DNA of 63,930 nt, counting the filler. It is 4 parts of 4 records of this genome, joined end to end, with 100 filler letters (N's around TTAATTAATTAA, not from the genome) between each part and the next. Parts side by side here need not be neighbours in the genome. Positions count along the whole stretch, not along the records: positions 57,509 to 63,930 come from DRR723986_9058; 3 more parts are not named here. The stretch is one strand, 5' to 3'. The notes beneath the pieces were generated by a model that ran no database searches, was not told where the DNA came from, and saw only the letters and a list, made by a program, of their open reading frames with translations. This document shows, in pieces, positions 60,628 to 63,930 of this stretch. Each line of letters opens with the position of its first letter. Position 1 is the first letter of the stretch. The position numbers and the translations under genes are program-made.

Positions 60628-62457
60628 ATGTCGATCCAAAAAATATCCAAAACGAGGAAACGCAGCAGTGGTTCATCCCGTCCGGAAAACTGGAGCCGAG
60701 CGATGAACCAGCAAGAGGGAGAGTTGGTTCGCGAAAAGACTTATCTGACGCAACAGGCCAAGACGGAAATCCTCCAGGTTCTCAGCTTTCTGGAGAACTT
60801 TGAAGAAGAGATGGATGGTCTGTTGGAGATATCTGCTCCGAACCCCTATGTCAAAATGTCGACCTATCTGGTGAAAAGGCATCTGGAAGCGAAGGCGGTG
60901 ACCCCGACCTCGCTCATTGGCGCGTCGGGCGTTCCCTACGCGACAGCCAGCCGCCGCATGCGCGAGATGATCGACAACGGCCTGATCGAGCAAAGGCCGA
61001 GGACGTCTTCCGGCAGAAGCTACTCCCTCCATCCGAGCGCCGACATGCTGGAGGCATGGACCCAATTCAGCAGCCGGGTCCGCAGGATGGCGGCACAATC
61101 GTTCGGGTCTGCCGATCTGCGCTCCGGCACACAAGACTATTATTTCGGCGGGTCCTATCTGGAAGCCCAGACAATCCAGCCGCCCCAGGTCCTGCTTGAA
61201 CCCTTGAAACTGTCTGGCGATCTTCGTGTCCTGGTCCATGGCGACCCGACCTTCATGGTGATGCATGGTCTGAAGCGCCAGTTTGAGCAGGTGGTCGGGT
61301 GTTCCATTCAGCAGCGGGCCTTTTCCATCGACCGGCTTCACGAAGAAGCGGTCAAGAACGCCCACAGGGCGACAAGTCGCTATGACCTGATTGCCCTGGA
61401 CCTGCCGTGGCTGGGCGAGTTTGCCGAGAACGGGTATCTCCTGCCGCTGGACGAAGTGCTGGATGTCGAGCGGCTTCAGCCGAGCGATTTTCATACGGCC
61501 GGCTGGCAGGCAGCTCACTGGGGAGGCAAGCCATACGGTGTGCCTTCGCAGACCACGCCGGAACTGCTGTTTTACCGGAAGGATCTGCTGGCGGAAGCAG
61601 GGCTTGAACCGCCCCTCACGACGGACGCGTTGCTCAAGGCCGCCGCCCGGCTCAACGACCCGGTTCAGGGCAGATACGGAATTGCCTGGAACGCGGCACG
61701 CGGGACGGCGCTTGGCCATACATTCATGATGACTTGTGCGGACTTCGGTCAGCCTATTCTGGATTTGCCCAAACAGGCTGGTGGTTATGACGCCTCACGA
61801 CTGGCAGACGGCGGCTACCGGCCGGTCATCTATTCCGAACGTGCACTCGATGCTGCCGAATACCTGATGGCGCTGTTGCAATATTCGCCGCCAGATATCC
61901 TGTCGATGTCCTGGTACGAGCGCGTCCGTCCGTTCGCCAGCGGACGTGTGGCGATGGCCTACGGCTATACTTTGCTCGCTCCATACTTCGAACAGAATCC
62001 GGCCTGCGCGGCCCATGGCAAGGTCGGCTTCCTGCCGCATCCTTCCGGCCCCAATGCGCAGAATATCGCCCCAGTCGGCGGCTATCTGCTCGGCATTCCG
62101 GCCAATATCGCGCCGGAACGGCTGGAGGCGGCAGCCGAAGCGTTGATCGTCTTCACGTCGCCCGAAGCGCAAAAGCTCTACGTCGAACACGGCAGCCGCA
62201 CCAATCCGCGCTACTCGGTTGGCGCGGACCCGGAAGTCCGGCGCCTGTCTCCGATCTTTGAAGCGGTGGACGCCATGTCCTGGCGGGACGAACTGCAGTT
62301 CTGGCCACGACCGCCGATCCCTGAAATCAACGACATCATCCGCATCTGCGGGGAGGAATGCCACGACATGTTGCGTGGCGTGAAGACGCCAAAAGCCGCG
62401 TTGCAGATGGCTCAAGATCGTGCCGACCGACTTCTGCGGGAGGCTGGAAAACTTTAA
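60628..62457 (+). CDS. Winged-HTH + family-1 solute-binding domain fusion, putative cytoplasmic regulator
   Basis: No signal peptide; N-terminal TPTSLIGASGVPYATASRRMREMIDNGLI..RSYSLHP; C-terminal YDLIALDLPWLGEFA..LLFYRKDLL..FASGRVAM; RBS AGGAGG. Confidence 0.82.
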   Translation: MSIQKISKTRKRSSGSSRPENWSRAMNQQEGELVREKTYLTQQAKTEILQVLSFLENFEEEMDGLLEISAPNPYVKMSTYLVKRHLEAKAVTPTSLIGASGVPYATASRRMREMIDNGLIEQRPRTSSGRSYSLHPSADMLEAWTQFSSRVRRMAAQSFGSADLRSGTQDYYFGGSYLEAQTIQPPQVLLEPLKLSGDLRVLVHGDPTFMVMHGLKRQFEQVVGCSIQQRAFSIDRLHEEAVKNAHRATSRYDLIALDLPWLGEFAENGYLLPLDEVLDVERLQPSDFHTAGWQAAHWGGKPYGVPSQTTPELLFYRKDLLAEAGLEPPLTTDALLKAAARLNDPVQGRYGIAWNAARGTALGHTFMMTCADFGQPILDLPKQAGGYDASRLADGGYRPVIYSERALDAAEYLMALLQYSPPDILSMSWYERVRPFASGRVAMAYGYTLLAPYFEQNPACAAHGKVGFLPHPSGPNAQNIAPVGGYLLGIPANIAPERLEAAAEALIVFTSPEAQKLYVEHGSRTNPRYSVGADPEVRRLSPIFEAVDAMSWRDELQFWPRPPIPEINDIIRICGEECHDMLRGVKTPKAALQMAQDRADRLLREAGKL

Positions 62458-62469
62458 TGGGAGGAATTC

Positions 62470-63276
62470 ATGGACCCCAATCGGCTCAAGGGAAAAAACG
62501 TTCTGATAACCGGTGCCGCACGCGGCATGGGCGCAACCAACGCCGAGCATTTTGCAGCTCAGGGCGCCAACGTCTGTCTTGGTGATCTGGACCTCGACGA
62601 AGCCCAGGCCGTCGCGGAGCGGATCAATGCGGCCGGTAACGGCAAGGCGGTTGCGGTCAAGATGGACGTGACCCGCCGCGAGGACAACGCCGCGGCGGTG
62701 GCGGCAACTGTCGAAGCCTTCGGCAGCATCAATGTGGGCCTCTTCAACGCCGGCCTCAACAAGCCCCGTTTCTTCATGGATATCGATGAGGACAACTGGG
62801 ATCTCATCATGGGCGTCAACACCAAGGCAATGTGGCTGGGCATGCAGGAAACCGCCCGCCAGATGATTGCGCAAGGGCCACAGGATTTTCCCTACAAGCT
62901 GATCAATGTCGGCTCCATCGCCTCGCGCAAGCCGTTGGTGGATGTGACCGTCTATTGCACGTCCAAATATGGCTGCCTGGCTCTGACCCATTGCGGGGCC
63001 GTTGCGCTCGGCGAACACAACATCACCGTCAACGGCTATGCCCCCGGCGTGGTGGTGACACCGCTTTGGGAACAGCTCGACAAGGACCTTGTCGAAATCG
63101 GCTTCAAGGAACGGGCCGGACAGGCCTACGAAGACATCGCCAACAACGAACTGGTGATCAAGCGTGTGTCCTATCCGGATGACATCAAGGGCACCGCGTC
63201 GTTTCTCGCCAGCCCCGACAGCGATTACATGACCGGCCAGATGATCCACATCGATGGCGGCTGGTGCATCCAGTAA
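62470..63276 (+). CDS. Short-chain dehydrogenase/reductase
   Basis: TGAARGMG, FNAG, S..YCTSK and YMTGQ. Confidence 0.92.
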   Translation: MDPNRLKGKNVLITGAARGMGATNAEHFAAQGANVCLGDLDLDEAQAVAERINAAGNGKAVAVKMDVTRREDNAAAVAATVEAFGSINVGLFNAGLNKPRFFMDIDEDNWDLIMGVNTKAMWLGMQETARQMIAQGPQDFPYKLINVGSIASRKPLVDVTVYCTSKYGCLALTHCGAVALGEHNITVNGYAPGVVVTPLWEQLDKDLVEIGFKERAGQAYEDIANNELVIKRVSYPDDIKGTASFLASPDSDYMTGQMIHIDGGWCIQ

Positions 63277-63342
63277 CACTCTGAAAAACAATATTCTTTT
63301 TCACATGACGGATGTGCGCAGGTGCATCCGAAGGAGAGAGCC

Positions 63343-63930
63343 ATGTCTCGCGCACTGTTACCCAACCTCCTGACGCCACAGGATCTCGAACCGCATTGGC
63401 GCTGGGAGGGGCGTTTGCCTGCCTGGGGGCACACATCCGTCGATTTCGAACGTCGTATTGACCATGATCGGCTGCGCCGGTATCGCCTTGCCAGAACACG
63501 GGAGGCGCTGAAGGCCTCTCCCGCCGGTACGCTGCTGCTGTTTGACGTCAACAACATCCGCTACGTCTCGGCCACCAAGATCGGCGAATGGGAGCGGGAC
63601 AAGATGTGCCGCTTCTGCCTGCTGACGGGCGATGATGCCCCATACGTGTGGGACTTCGGTTCAGCCGCCGTCCACCACAAGAAGTTCTCCGACTGGCTGG
63701 TGCCGGATCATTGCCGGGCAGGTGTGGTCGGCATGCGCGGCACCATTCCGCCGGAATTCGGCCTGATGCGCAAATATGCCCGCGAAATTGCCGGGCTGAT
63801 CCGGGACGCCGGCATGGCGGACATGCCAGTCGGTGTCGACTATGCCGAAACCGCCATGTTCCATGCGCTGCAGGCAGAGGGACTTAACGTGGTCGACGGA
63901 CAGCAGATCATGCTGGCGGCGCGCGAGATC
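63343..63930 (+). CDS. M24 (Xaa-Pro peptidase/creatinase-like) family protein, 3'-truncated; absent from the ORF track
   Basis: RBS AAGGAG; open frame MSRALLPNLL..VDFERRIDHDRLRRYRLAR..LLFDVNNIRY..AAREI running to the window end. Confidence 0.8.
   Translation, partial: MSRALLPNLLTPQDLEPHWRWEGRLPAWGHTSVDFERRIDHDRLRRYRLARTREALKASPAGTLLLFDVNNIRYVSATKIGEWERDKMCRFCLLTGDDAPYVWDFGSAAVHHKKFSDWLVPDHCRAGVVGMRGTIPPEFGLMRKYAREIAGLIRDAGMADMPVGVDYAETAMFHALQAEGLNVVDGQQIMLAAREI

Overview
The window is not one genome. It consists of four contigs joined by artificial N44-TTAATTAATTAA-N44 spacers. Contig 1 (1-28698, GC-rich, Rhodobacteraceae-like) carries a TRAP + pxpBCA 5-oxoproline operon, a kinase-like gene, a putative cAMP signalling module, a saccharopine/lysine dehydrogenase + LysR pair, a glpVSTPQU-type glycerol ABC importer and a BlaI/M56 pair. 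The cAMP module comprises a LysM-FecR-FN3-Ig protein, a 15-PKD-repeat exported protein, a membrane HAMP adenylyl cyclase, a DUF3307-like protein, and an ABC exporter with a degenerate NBD fused to a cNMP-binding domain. Contig 2 (28799-37231, GC-rich alphaproteobacterium, Roseibium/Rhizobiales-like) has an ABC exporter end, a DUF2177-like protein, an MCP, a PAS-GGDEF-degenerate EAL protein, a candidate 24-aa leader peptide before a membrane protein + ABC exporter, and petAB. Contig 3 (37332-57408, AT-rich Bacteroidota, Cyclobacteriaceae-like) has nrdAB, rplU-rpmA, rnr, lipB and other housekeeping genes, a candidate ~120-nt sRNA, a pair of IS3-end-like repeats and a truncated tRNA. Contig 4 (57509-63930, GC-rich alphaproteobacterium) has a sugar-type ABC importer, two SDRs, an M24 hydrolase and a cytoplasmic wHTH/solute-binding-protein fusion regulator with tandem palindromic operator candidates. 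The best candidate for an undescribed system is the FecR/PKD/cyclase/DUF3307/ABC-cNMP module at 6828-19369. Taxonomic and family calls come from motif recognition by eye, not database searches.
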